This document shows, piece after piece, positions 48,315 to 60,176 of a stretch of 64,000 bases of DNA (the first letter of the stretch is position 1; every line of letters starts with the position of its first letter). A program made the position numbers and the translations under genes. The stretch is from positions 1-64,000 of the forward strand of contig JADIIX010000045.1 of NCBI GenBank assembly GCA_027604505.1. Direction: 5' to 3'. The DNA comes from Gonapodya sp. JEL0774 (taxonomy: Eukaryota). The notes under the pieces were generated by a model that had not been told where the DNA came from, ran no database searches, and saw only the letters and a program-made list of their open reading frames with translations.

Positions 48315-50304
48315 CTAGTCCCTTCCGGCCTGGCCCACCTCCAACCACTCCACATGCCCTCTCGCCCCCTCTTGTTCCCCTTCGCTCCCGCTCCCGCTCC
48401 CCTCCCTCCTGTCCGTCCTCCACCGCGCGATCCACCCCTCCACCACCCCCACGGGCGCCGTGGTGAACATGGTGCCGGGGTAACACCGCGCGCCCCACTG
48501 AGGATGCACGAGGCACGCACAGCACCCGACTTGCACGGTGTCGTAAGCCAAGAGGCGGGACAGGACTTGCACGTCGGGGAAGGGGGTGGGGGGGGGGAGG
48601 GCGGGTGTGGGGCATGGGGGGGGGGAAAGGGAGGGAGTTTTGGATGGGGATGGGGAGGGCGAGGTGAAGAAGGGGAACCCCGAGGCGGGGTCGGCAGCGT
48701 CGAAGAAGTAGCGGGGGTGGGCGAGGGAGCGGAGGTGGGCGGCGAGGGAGTAGAACTGGGGGTGGGTGGGTGGGTGGGGGGTGGGACGGGGTGGAAATGG
48801 GGAGGGAGGAGGGAGGAGGGAGGTGAATAGGCGGGGCAAGACGGACGTGAGGAGTGAGGGATCAATGTGTGCGCGACGAGAGTGTTTGCGTTTGTGATTG
48901 AGGAAAACCGACGTATGCCACGCTCGCACCACGCCAACGTACACACGTGCACACAGGTGCAGCCACACCCCCACGGGAACCGACCAGACCACGCACATGG
49001 CCCGCCGGCGAACCGTGACGTGACGTGATATGCGGATGACAGGTCGACACCAGTGAGGGGCGGGGGCAGTACGTACGTACGTACGTACGCACGGGACGGA
49101 CCGGCTCATTCGTCACACAGGACCGTACAATGACACCACGTACGAAAGCACACAAAAGTGCATGCGAAAACGAAACGGGTCGGTTGGTACACATGGGCCT
49201 CACCGGCCCATATCCCATATGGACCACTCTCTCAGGGTGGGGCAAGCCCGCACCATATCCCATACGGACCGCTCTCTCTCACGGCGGGGGAAGTCCGCAC
49301 CATATCCCATATGGACCGCTCTCTCCTCACGGCGGGGCCAAGGCCAGCAAGCCCGCACCATATCTCGCTCAGCGATCGCGTAACCAAAAACTCACGTTGC
49401 GGAGAAACACGTCCCTCTCGCGGTCGACTTCGGGTCCTGTGCCCGTGAGGTCGTTCTGGGCCTTTTGGAAGGTGGCGATGACGAGGAGGTCGGCGAAGGA
49501 GCGGGGGCGGGGAGTGGAGGTGGAGTCTGGAGGGTCTGTGAGGCCTGCATGCCGGGGATTCTCCTTTCGCGAGTGGGAGTGGGAGTGGGAGTGAGGGGGA
49601 TGATGACCGCCGTCATCGTCGGCAGGGCCACCAGAACCAGCGAACCCGGGCAGGAGAACGAGTCTTGGGAACAAGCCGGCGAGTTCCTTCATGACGGGTT
49701 TTGCGGCCCTGTGGAGGGATACCTGGAAGGTTGAGGAGGAGGGAGGATGGGGTGATTGTGGAGGGAGGGAGGGGGTGGTGGTGGGGGAGGGGAGATGCTT
49801 GAGCCATTGAGAGTAGTCAGCGTAGGAGTGGAAGGTTGGAGGAGGGGATGGAGGAGGAGGAGCAGGGCGCCATTGAGAGGGAGGGAGAGGGAGGAGGGAG
49901 GATTGAGGGGAGGGAGAGGGGGCGAAGGAGACCGTGAGAAGAGTTGGGGGGATGAGGGTGGTGGGTTTTCTTGGGAAAGAGGCGAGGAGGGAGGCGAGGG
50001 AGATGGGGGAGTTGGGTGTGCTGGGTGTGGCGGGTGCCGGTGCTGTCGAGTCGCCTGCTGTCGCGTCCACCTCCACGTCCACGTCCACGTCCAGTCCAGT
50101 CACGTGTCCAGGCTGTCTGTGCGGGTACACACACACTGCTGCTGCTGCTGTGGCCTGCTCTCTCGTCTCTGTCTTCTCTGCCTGCTCTCCTCCCCATTCC
50201 CTCCCACTCCCACTCTCCTCCACCCCGTCCTCCAACCCCCCCTCCCCTCCCTCCCTCGACTCCCTCAACTCCCCTGTTCCAATCCCATCGCTGTTTTCCT
50301 TCAT
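48315..50304 (-). CDS. MMADHC: Cobalamin-trafficking chaperone CblD (MMADHC) homolog
   Basis: FQVSLH..ELAGLFP, LLVIATFQK..DL..EVDRERD..|F, FDAADPASG, VGCCACLVHPQWG..YPGTMFTTAP. Intron 49395-48756. The 5' end is uncertain. Confidence 0.82.
49208..49370. repeat. Intronic minisatellite, ~3.5 copies of a ~45-58 bp unit (ccatatcccatatggaccgctctct...aagcccgca)
   Basis: Directly visible inside the MMADHC intron. An (ACGT)n run lies at 49068-49088. Confidence 0.85.
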
Positions 50305-50549
50305 CTTCTTTCTCTTTTCTTCTGTCCTCTCAGATTATGTAATCCTCTCTCCTGCCCGTCCTTCTATCCAATTCCTGTTCTTGTCCTCTCTCCTCCTGCT
50401 GCCCCCGTTCCTCCACTCCCCTTGCCTGTGGCCCCCTCCCATTGCTCCGCCACCTCACCCAAATCACGTCATTTTCCTCCCAACCCCCTCGGCGGTGGAG
50501 CAGTCAACAATTGATTTTGATTTCCGTGCGAACCGTGGAGCTCCGGAAG

Positions 50550-53500
50550 CTTTATACCTTGGTTATATTCGAAATTAATCAAAATTTGCTCTCGGACGGC
50601 ATCAACAAGTGTTCCCTCTCAAATTCGGAGCTTCTACAAGTAATACACTCAATGTTGTCTGGCGTGATCACAGAGCACATTGCCTTGGACACTTGTAGAT
50701 AATTTCACAACCACCATATGCGAGACAATAGCACATACTTGGGGACTGGGGTTGGTGGATCATATGAAGCTCATTTTCCAAAAAGCAATGTTTGTGCACA
50801 TAAATCGGCACCCCATGCCGGGCCATGACAATCACTCCGACACTGTCTCTACATCAACAATAACTTTGCACCATTGGAGTTGATATTTATACCATTTTGC
50901 AGAATGCACGAAATCGCATGCTTTGGAATTTGAATTCTGTTGCCAATAGAAGGCTGGCTCATAAGGAATTGATCTTGCAGGATGAACCCAAACTAAATCT
51001 CACTCCGGACCATGCAAAATCAGAAGCATTACAAAAGTTCACCAACAAATTTAATGTCGTTTTGGGACAGGCCTCAAAGTGCTGGAATTGTCACACAATA
51101 TCAACACCTGCACCCAACACGATGAGTTGTGTAAACCATGTTCACAACTTCAAGAAGTGTCCTGCTCTATTGATAAGACCCTTCTTATTGATAGTACTAC
51201 AATTGTGCATTTCTAGATCTACAACATAGACATGTGTGATGGTGGGGTGTATCAATAGACAATGCACTCAGATCCATTCGCAGAGTCACCACTCACCACG
51301 CAATCACTCTGACATACTCTTGCAATGTTCTCAGACACTTTATGCTTGATGTGCATGCTTTCAAAGAATACACAGTTTCGGTCGGAAAGAATTTGACTGT
51401 CAACATGAGAGTGACACAAAGTCACCTCTGCATCTCACAGTTCTCTCTGCAATCAAGCCAGACTATAGTTCACCCTTTCCATGTGCATTGGACACACAAA
51501 ATATGTGGAACTGTGAATTCAAGGTGTTTGAGACAGGTATCAACCCACTCCCTTCCAACATGACATCAGTGAACACTCAAAGAACATGATGAGCTGCATG
51601 AGCCCATGTGCCCAGTTCCAATGCACATGGCCCTCAACACAGCAAACACCCCTTGTTATGTTCTCTTGATTTATGTGCTTTTGAGGCCACATTTCAATCA
51701 TGTGTATTAGTGGAGCCAGGAGCATATCAAGGAGCTTATGAGAAGATGAGCAGAGTCACAAGCCACAACTCACACAGTGCTTTAAAAAGCGTGTCTGATA
51801 TCTGGCAATACAGAATCAGATCCGATTTTACCGTGATTTGGTGGGTGAACGTGTGTTGATGTGAATGAGTATGTACTGAGTGTTACACAAGATTCCAACA
51901 GGAAACTCTCCACATCATCTCACCCAGAGTAGTTGTGCCCTTGTCACTGTGGACTTTGATCTCTTCCTCACTTCCTCCGTTGTCTCGCGAAGGACTTGGG
52001 TGGTGGCGGCGACATGGGACAGGACAGAGTTGTGGTTCAGGCAGCAGAGGGGGTCACAATCCCGTGGCATTCAACACGGATATGTCGCAGAATTGCTTCA
52101 AAAGGGCAGTTCAGCTATGCAGAAATTGACAAAGATGGTGGAGGGAGGAGGTGTGGCATGGTTGGTTAACAATAACCAAGTGTGGGAAACGGCTCACCTC
52201 AGGTGTCTGGAAACTCAGTTCTGGGTCTAAGTGTAATTAAATGTCATTAAGTGACAATGGTGCTAGAGCAAACTTATCTGGCACTTAAAATTAGTCCTAG
52301 TTCTAAAGAGGAACTTGAGTGGCAAAGTGACAGGCAGCTCTTAAGTGATGGTTGAATGTACACCCCATCACTCAAGTGGCTATCAAGTGCTCATTGAGAG
52401 TCATAATTGGCTAAGTGGCGGGACAACACTTAAGTGACACTTAGAGGAGACTTGTGTGTCACATACAGCTAGCAGTAGCCCCATACTGACATGGGAAACC
52501 AGGGGAGAGGAAACTTGAAAACACCTCATGGTCTACAAGTTCAGAGGCCAAAGAATTGAATGAACAAAATGGGGAGGGGTGAGGATAATTTACAAGTTGC
52601 TCAAAGGGGCCAGGGGCCCAACATCAAATTAATTTTTTCATCCACAATGGACTCACGGAATCAACCTCCACAGGGTGCAGCTGCCCTTGTTCATGCTTAC
52701 CTGACCTCCACTATTGTCTTTGCAGATGTTCCTGTCCAAGAGAACCCTAATTCTACTGTCTTCGCGTCTTCGAGCTCATGAACCCCCTGTGGGGAATTTT
52801 TTCCCTCAAGGACCAGACAGGGCACATTCAAGGTATGTTTGGAGCGTCTGAGCTGATCTGGTGGGTGTTGTACCAGTGGAAACGCATTTGGTGTCCTATG
52901 ATTCCAGTGCCACTGTTTGCTCAATCCCTTATCTGGGTACCTATCTCCCAGCTCAATCTTTCGACAATAGTATTGTTATCTGGTCTCTTTTACTTGTTTC
53001 CATACAGGTGAATCCCTCATGCTGCTCAGGCTCCCAAGTTCAACATCTCCAGAGGTTTTGTTGTGCCAATCATACTCCACCCGCACCCAGAATATTGCTC
53101 CCACCTTTGAGTTCAGTGTCTCACTGCATTGTCTACGCAGTGCGCATTAAATCACCCTCATGCTTTCTTGTATTGATGTCGCAATGTTTTGTTGTTCTAC
53201 CTATCAGGCATGTCAACCCACAAACAACGTCGATTCTGCTGGTGACAAACTCAGGAAGTGGAGACATGTCAAAGGGAGGTGAGTGTTACTGTGAGATATA
53301 CAGGGAGCTGGAGGTGAAAGATTGTGCTGGGAACTGGAGTTTGGAGAGCATGCGCCTGGGACCAGGAAATGGCAGTACATAACAGAACATCTGGCATCTA
53401 CATGAACGCTTTTGGACTATGACAGATAGTACTGCTGCTTCCACTATGGCAGGTTGCAGGAGATTGCAGTCTGCTCCTTTGTATATATTTTTTGGTGTTT

Positions 53501-54380
53501 AATAAAAGCACGTAATTGCTTTTATCATGTACTTGAGTCCTCTCAACTTGCTCTACAGGAGGGATCAATACAGCAGATATTCTCTCAACTGTTACTTAAA
53601 TGGCATTTGAGTGTGCACTTGAGTAGCAGGCTGAGTGGCAATATCAAGCGACACTCAAGTGACTTGAGTGACATCTGGGACAGTAAGTGCCAGTGAAGAG
53701 TCACTTATTTGGAGGACTGTCATCTTACAGCATTTAGCCACTTAATGGCACTTGTGTGAACTCACTGCCATTTACCACTTTCCACTTTCCAGATGGGGGC
53801 ACCAGTGGGAAACACTCAGCAGGAAACAAGTTACCACCCAATGGGAAATTGAGAGGAAACAATTAACAGAAACCTGTGAGGCTGATCCCCTGAAGGTTTC
53901 CAGCTCCCTCACACTCGTTTTGTTGCTCTCTATGCTTCCCATGCTCCCTTCTTTCTCCTACACACACTCGCATTTCCCGCATTGTTTCCATATTGAACTA
54001 ACTTGGTTTATCACTATTTCTTGACTGACACAGTGTCCAGGAGGAGACTGCTGTTTGTCCTGGGCCTGTGACCCCAAATCACACCATTTTCCAGAAACAC
54101 TGTCAATCCCCTCTCCCTTTCCATACAATCATTCCCCCTCTCTTGCTCCTGTGTCTTCTCTTCCTCTCCTCTCTGCTTCCCCCTGCCCTGTAGTGGGGCT
54201 GTCACAACGTATCGGTCTCAGCCCTCTATGGACGGGATGGTGGCCTCGTGATAGGCCTGGAGTGTGAGATGGAGTGAGATGTGATCTTGTTATGTGTAGC
54301 TAGATGTGCCTTGTATACATGTGTGGGCTGTGGTCATGTGCAAGGTGTCAATACCACAGCAGCCCTCCCATGCCCCTCCC
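50550..54380. mobile_element. Degenerate, CpG-depleted transposon-derived region (family not identifiable)
   Basis: Abrupt loss of CG dinucleotides (none in 51541-51780), no long ORF, and clustered AAGTG/CACTT and GGAAAC motifs at 52180-52520 and 53580-53900. Confidence 0.55.
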
Positions 54381-54382
54381 CT

Positions 54383-55895
54383 TGTTGGAATATTCTGCTG
54401 ATATTGCTATTCAACTTGATTGGCCAAGTACATTAGCGAAGATAGCTTATAAGATCAACTCATACTCTAATTGATTGTCGCTTCTACTCACTACTTGTTC
54501 TGACATCTCTGCACCGACTGACTGCGATTTCAACAGGTTAAGACCATGAGAATCTCTTAGTGCATTGTCAAGATGTAGTCCAGGAGTGAAGGGGTCCGCT
54601 AGCTGTCTGGCGTCACTCTGCAGCAGTTTGGAACCCAAGTATACCAACAAGCCCATCAGGCCATCTCATCGCACACCTCAACCTCTGGGACTGCAGCTAG
54701 TTGCTGTATCTGGTAGACATACAGAGACAGGGAGGAAGGAGGACACTTTGGTAATGGTGGAGGTCCTTGTAGCGGTGATGGAAGTTGGAATGGGTATTAT
54801 AAACGAGGAGGAAATGGACCAGCCCGTCATCCAACCTCTGCTTAGATCATTTGGAAGGCAATCAATCTTGAAAATTAGAGGACGGTTGGTTTTGGCTGAA
54901 CCACACGAAATGCACCAAGCGGATCATTTGCAAACAAGAACGCTTGGAAAGCTTCAACTCTTGACTGCATTCAGGATGGCTTGATCGACACCACACAAAA
55001 CAAACCAATCAAATTGTTATAGGCGGAGATGGAGCAACTGAATCAAATTCAAACCTGGAATGGTCGGCTACAGGAACTCCTGCGCATGATCTGCATCCCA
55101 ACAACCCCAAAACAAAACATTGCAGAATGGGCTCTAACAACCCCACATGGTACACTCTTTAGCAGAAGATTGATTTGCTTGACGTATGTTGTTAGCAGGG
55201 GGAGCATTGGAATATTCTGCTGACATCGACATCGCTTTTCAACCGAGGAGTTGCACACTCGCAAAGATAGCTCTAGAATAGTGGGTTTCAAAGTTGACTG
55301 AAATTGAATTATAATGTGTCAATTCTTGGCGACTTAAAACTCGCAACAAACGAAAGAATGCATGAGAAAATGTAATTTCAGTCAGCGGTGGTTTCAAAGT
55401 TCAGTGTTTTATATGATGTCCATTATTGAATCTCTACACTCAACACAACCACACCATGTGGGATGCCGCACAAATCTGAGAGAGCGGACGTATGCTCAAG
55501 AACGCTTTGATAGGCGTATCTCTGCCTTCTCTGCTTGAGACACCCGTTGTGGACAATCCGGACAAAACTGTCGAGCTATAGATCGCAGAACATGCAGGGA
55601 ATATATGTGGACTTTGTAGCCTTCGCTTATGGGCTCGTTTCTGGCCACTAATTGCTCGTTGTTGCTGCATGATTGTTATTGCCATATATTTTGTCTGTTC
55701 AGACAATTCCAGCATTTTAAGTGGGAATAAGGAGCCCTTGGAGCTCCTTAAATCTTAAATGCACATTATTTCCCTCAATTATTTGCTGGGAGACGGTTTT
55801 AAGTCGCCGAGAATTGGCGCATTATAATTCAATTTCAGTCAACTTTGAAACCCACTAATATCGACCTGTATTCTAATTGATTGTCACTTCTACTG
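54383..55895 (+). mobile_element. Internally deleted Ty1/Copia LTR retrotransposon relic
   Basis: 5' LTR TGTTGGAATATTCTGCTGA...TCAACA (54383-54535) followed by PBS-like GGTTAAGACC. Degenerate RNase-H tail ICIPT..QNIA..LT.P, PPT AGGGGGAG, and a 3' LTR starting at 55205 (cattggaatattctgctga) that resumes after the MITE (55856-55894). Confidence 0.7.
55281..55855. mobile_element. MITE / non-autonomous DNA transposon, 60-bp TIRs, TA (or AAT) target duplication
   Basis: 55281-55340 is the reverse complement of 55796-55855 with 3 mismatches. Flanked by TA on both sides. Confidence 0.9.
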
Positions 55896-56155
55896 GCGAC
55901 GAATCGCTCTCAATCCTCCTTGTGCTCTATATAATCAAAAAAAAAAAAAAAAAATTATCTGGCGGCGGGGTCGAAAGCAAAACTCATATACCCCTCAGTC
56001 CTCACCATTCCGCACAGTGAAGCCTCGCGAGAAAGTTCATCGAGATAAACAGCTCCACCGCGGTGGATTCTTTCACGAAATCGGTTCCGCAGTCAGTTCT
56101 TTCCTTGAAATGATGGTTTTCTTTCTCTCATCTGTCATTCTCGGAATCCATAGCG

Positions 56156-57805
56156 ATGGACACCCTTGTCCCGATCTGCCAAGGCTGCCACACAACACCC
56201 GCTAAAATGAAATGTCCCACATGCATAAAACTCAAAATTCAAGACTCGAACTTTTGTTCTCAGCGATGCTTCAAGGACGCCTGGGCGACGCACAAGGAAA
56301 GGCACGCCGTGGTCTTCGATCCGTTTGAAGGCCGAGCCGACTTCAAGTACACGGGGACATTGAGAGCGTGTTACCCGCTCTCACCACGGAGGAAGGTGCC
56401 GGAGCACATTGCAAGGCCGGATTGGGCAATCTCAGGTGCGAGTCCGGGGGGTCCACCTGACACTTGCGCAACTGCATACACGACCCTGACACAACCATGT
56501 GCACCCCCCGGAATCACCAAAAACTTAATGTGGATCCCCTTTGTCTCCGTGGAACCTTCGGATTGACGCTGCCTGCCTCTATGCCTCTGCGTTCTCGCAT
56601 GAAAGGCATACCTACATCCGAGATTGCCCTCCGCGAAACCCGTGTCGTCGAAGCTTTAAAACCTGAAGAGATTGAAAGAATGCGCGAAGTCTGCAAGGTG
56701 AAGAGTCCACATACAAAGCTGTCCCGAACCGTCACACGCCGCCCGGAGCTTCAGCACCTTGTTGTTATAATTTATTTGATATATATTAGCTCGGCCGCGA
56801 AGTCCTCGACCTCGGTGCCGCGGCCGTCCGCCCCGGCATTACCACTGACGAGATCGATCGCATCATCCACGAAGCCACCATAGAACGCGACGCGTACCCT
56901 TCCACGCTTAACTACAACGGATTTCCCAAGTCGTGCTGTACCAGCGTCAACGAGGTCATCTGTCACGGGATTCCTGATAGGTACGAGTTGCAGGACGGTG
57001 ATATCGTGAATCTGGATGTGTGTTTGTACAAGGATGGACTCCACAGTGGGTATGCGGTGAACGTGAGTCACAGGTGGTGTGAGTACTCCCCATACTGACC
57101 ACGTTGTGTGGCGAGGCGACTTGAACGAAACCTGCCTTGTTGGCAACGTCGATGAGAGAGGCAAGTCTCTTGTTCAAACGACCAAGGAGTGCCTACAAAA
57201 GGCTATCGAACTGAGTGAGTTGAGGTGTCCCTAGTCCCTACTGAGTTTTGCTGGACGCCATCCGCCGCTCGCCCTTTATGTAACGATCCCCTCTCTGCAC
57301 CCCCAGTCAAACCCAACACACCGTATCGCTCGCTTGGCCGAGTTATCGAGCGCCATGCCGCATCCCGTGGCTTCGGCACCGTTCGTACATACGCTGGCCA
57401 CGGCGTCCATCGGCACTTGCATTGTGCACCTTCGGTGCCGCATTACGAGAAAAATAAGGCCGTCGGGACGATGCAAGAGGGACATGTGTTCACGGTCGAG
57501 CCGATGCTTACCGAGGGGAGCTGGGATGATAGAATGTGGCCTGACGTGAGTGGGGCAGCGAGAGGAAGTTCTCTTCGGGGGGTGGGGTGCGGGGGGAGGC
57601 GGGCAACGTGAACAGAAGTTCCCTTCTCATCGTGTTCTCCTTTTCAACCTCACGCGATTTCGTAATTTCATTCTCACAGCGGTGGACCGATGTCACCCGC
57701 GATGGCAAGCGATCAGCGCAGTTCGAGCACACCCTTCTCGTGACCAAGAGTGGGTGCGACGTGTTGACCGCCAAGATGGGTGAGGATTGGAGCCACCCTC
57801 GATGA
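56156..57805 (+). CDS. MAP1: Methionine aminopeptidase 1 with N-terminal zinc finger
   Basis: [106 protein letters not shown]. Confidence 0.95.
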
Positions 57806-58562
57806 AATGAGAAACGTGGGGTTGCGATGCCGTGGGAGATATTAAACAGCAGACATGACACATGTAGGCGAAGTCCTTGTACCCCGAATGTATGGGAGGA
57901 TTTTGAACAGCCATTGGATTATGTTTTCTGCCAGCTAAGTGTTGTTTCAAAACGCTTGCTCGGTCTATGGATAGTGGTGATGGAACAAACGCTCCTCCAT
58001 CGGCGTCTATGTCAGCTCTTATTGGGTGTTCGTGGTGTTTTACATGACGATCACCTTGATACATATCACGGTGTACCACTCACTTGCCAAGCCGCATCAC
58101 AGTATCTTAGAGGTAGGTACTAAGCACAAGCAATTAATAATTATCCTCACCTCTACCTTTTGTGCATGACAAACTACACATCCTGTACACACTTTTCCAC
58201 GCCGTCATTGTGCAAGCACCCCGGCCGTAGACCCAGACAACGTTTGCAGACATCCATTTCTGCTTTGGCACACGTTCATTACAGTGAACTAGAACATTCC
58301 AGGCAATCCGAGAGCTCAAAAGACTTGCATGCTGTCCACTGACAGTCTTTTCATTTGATATTGTCCCCTGACTGGCTCAAATTACACACATTTATCAAAG
58401 CTCACCGAAGTTGAAGACCTGCCTTCCCTCATAATCATTACTGCATTATCACACAAACAACAACTTTTCCCCTGCAGAGCGGCATTCTCCCTCCAAGCCA
58501 CTTTTTCGCACTCCCAGCACCAAGCGCCTTAGATCCACGCTTGCATGCCTGTTCCATGAATC

Positions 58563-59805
58563 TTATGTCCACTGCAGTGTTCCAACATGAAGCTCGAAAA
58601 CAAACTCAAGAACACGGCTTCGAGAAAAGAATTCCCTCCATCCACGCACACACGGCTCAAATATGGGCCCCTTGAGATGGGGTTTTTGTTTTGGCAGCTG
58701 TAGTTTTATATGAAGTTGAGATATGCCTGGAAAGTGATGGGAGATGCGGCACTCTGCTTCTCGCACATGGTACACAATGTCGCCTCCACGAAGGAGACGA
58801 AGAGACACGCGCAGAGTTTTCAAGTTCATCAGGTGAATGTTTATGTCGTGTTGTCGGTGGGTTGCATGGAGCTTTGTCCAATCGGTATTGTGCAGATTGA
58901 CGATTCCAAAATCAGTCAGGTTTGGGAAAAGAGACACCACGTCATGAAACATAAGAAGATTTTGAAGTTGTGGGAGGTACAGGCTCTGCAGTCGGGCTCT
59001 GAAATCTCGCGGAAGTCCCTGCACCAGTTCAACTCGATCCGAGCCCACCCCATTGTGATGTATACTCATGCTCAAGGCTATGACGGCTGGGAACGCACGA
59101 TAAAGATCCCGAAATACGATATCAGGAAACCTGGTCAGATGCTCGGGACTGATGTCACACTCGCGGATGCAAAGGCTTCGCACACACTCAAACGGGGACA
59201 TCATTTGCCTGGCTTATGCAGCCAGATGGTACCCCGTCATGTCGACCGCAGGGCACTTGGAGTATCGCAGAAAAGGGATAATGTCTAGAAGATTTGCTTG
59301 AATATCAATGCTCCCATGTGGATGTACTGGGCTCTACCGAGGGTATCCCAAGAACACCATTCGACGGACGCACAGCTTACGGGCCATAGTTCACTATCTC
59401 GTAAAATGTTTGAGGAGATTCGTTGCGCGATTTCCGGAGTGAGGTGTCTTTTGGTGTTGTGACCCGTTTTAAACGTCCGGTCCCCATCGAGATCTTGATG
59501 ATCAACCCAGCCCACAGTGTTCGAACAGTTCCCGCCTCGTCCAGGACTTGTGCAAGAACCCACTGGGTCAAGAAGTCCATATTCTGCTGTTCTATTTCAA
59601 TGTCTTCCCTTTCTTTGTCGTTGAACCGGAGGACGAGCGTGATCGGAATCCGGTGAGGTGTGCTGGCCGAGGTGGGTTGGAATACATCGCGAAACGCGTG
59701 GGAGACGCGACAGACGGTAGTGTAGAAAGTGCGAGGCGGGAGAAAGCGGATGATGTGTGTGAGGATCTCAAGGGGGAGCTGGCGAATGTTGGCATTTAGT
59801 TTCAT
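58563..59805 (-). pseudogene. F-box (LRR-like tail) gene disrupted by frameshifts and a stop
   Basis: F-box IRQLPLEILTHIIRFLP..VCRVSHAFR. Coding continuity breaks around 59490 and 59290, and an in-frame TAA precedes MMSPF. No convincing introns rescue the frame. Confidence 0.55.
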
Positions 59806-60176
59806 GATGGGCCATAAAACAAAACCAACACGAATCAACATGTTTATGCACCTGCAGCTTCCCATATTTGTAGATATAGTGCTCAACGTTTGGTTCGGAA
59901 TGACCACTTCGACGCTCAGTTATTAAATACATAGGAGTATGACGTATGTACGGCAGGTGAAATAATTATATATGTATTATGAAAGATGTTTTACAAAGTA
60001 GAAGGCTATTTGTTATATGCTAGGAATCATCAAACGAATTCTTGTGGAGAAACAACCTCTGCTTATATTCGCGATGTTTGAACCCCATTTTCCCCCTATC
60101 TTCTTGTCAATGCCCCGGCGCCAGCTTGATAGCGTCCATCCCTGATTTGATCTGACTTTAAAACATTACCAGCAAC

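Noticed and set aside
49208..49370. CRISPR-like array or cobalamin riboswitch in the MMADHC intron
   Set aside because: Inter-repeat segments resemble each other (minisatellite), there are no cas genes, the context is eukaryotic, and no B12-box consensus was seen.
50680..51229. Assigning the degenerate ORFs to an integrase or MULE transposase
   Set aside because: Only faint resemblances, with no catalytic DDE motif traceable by eye.
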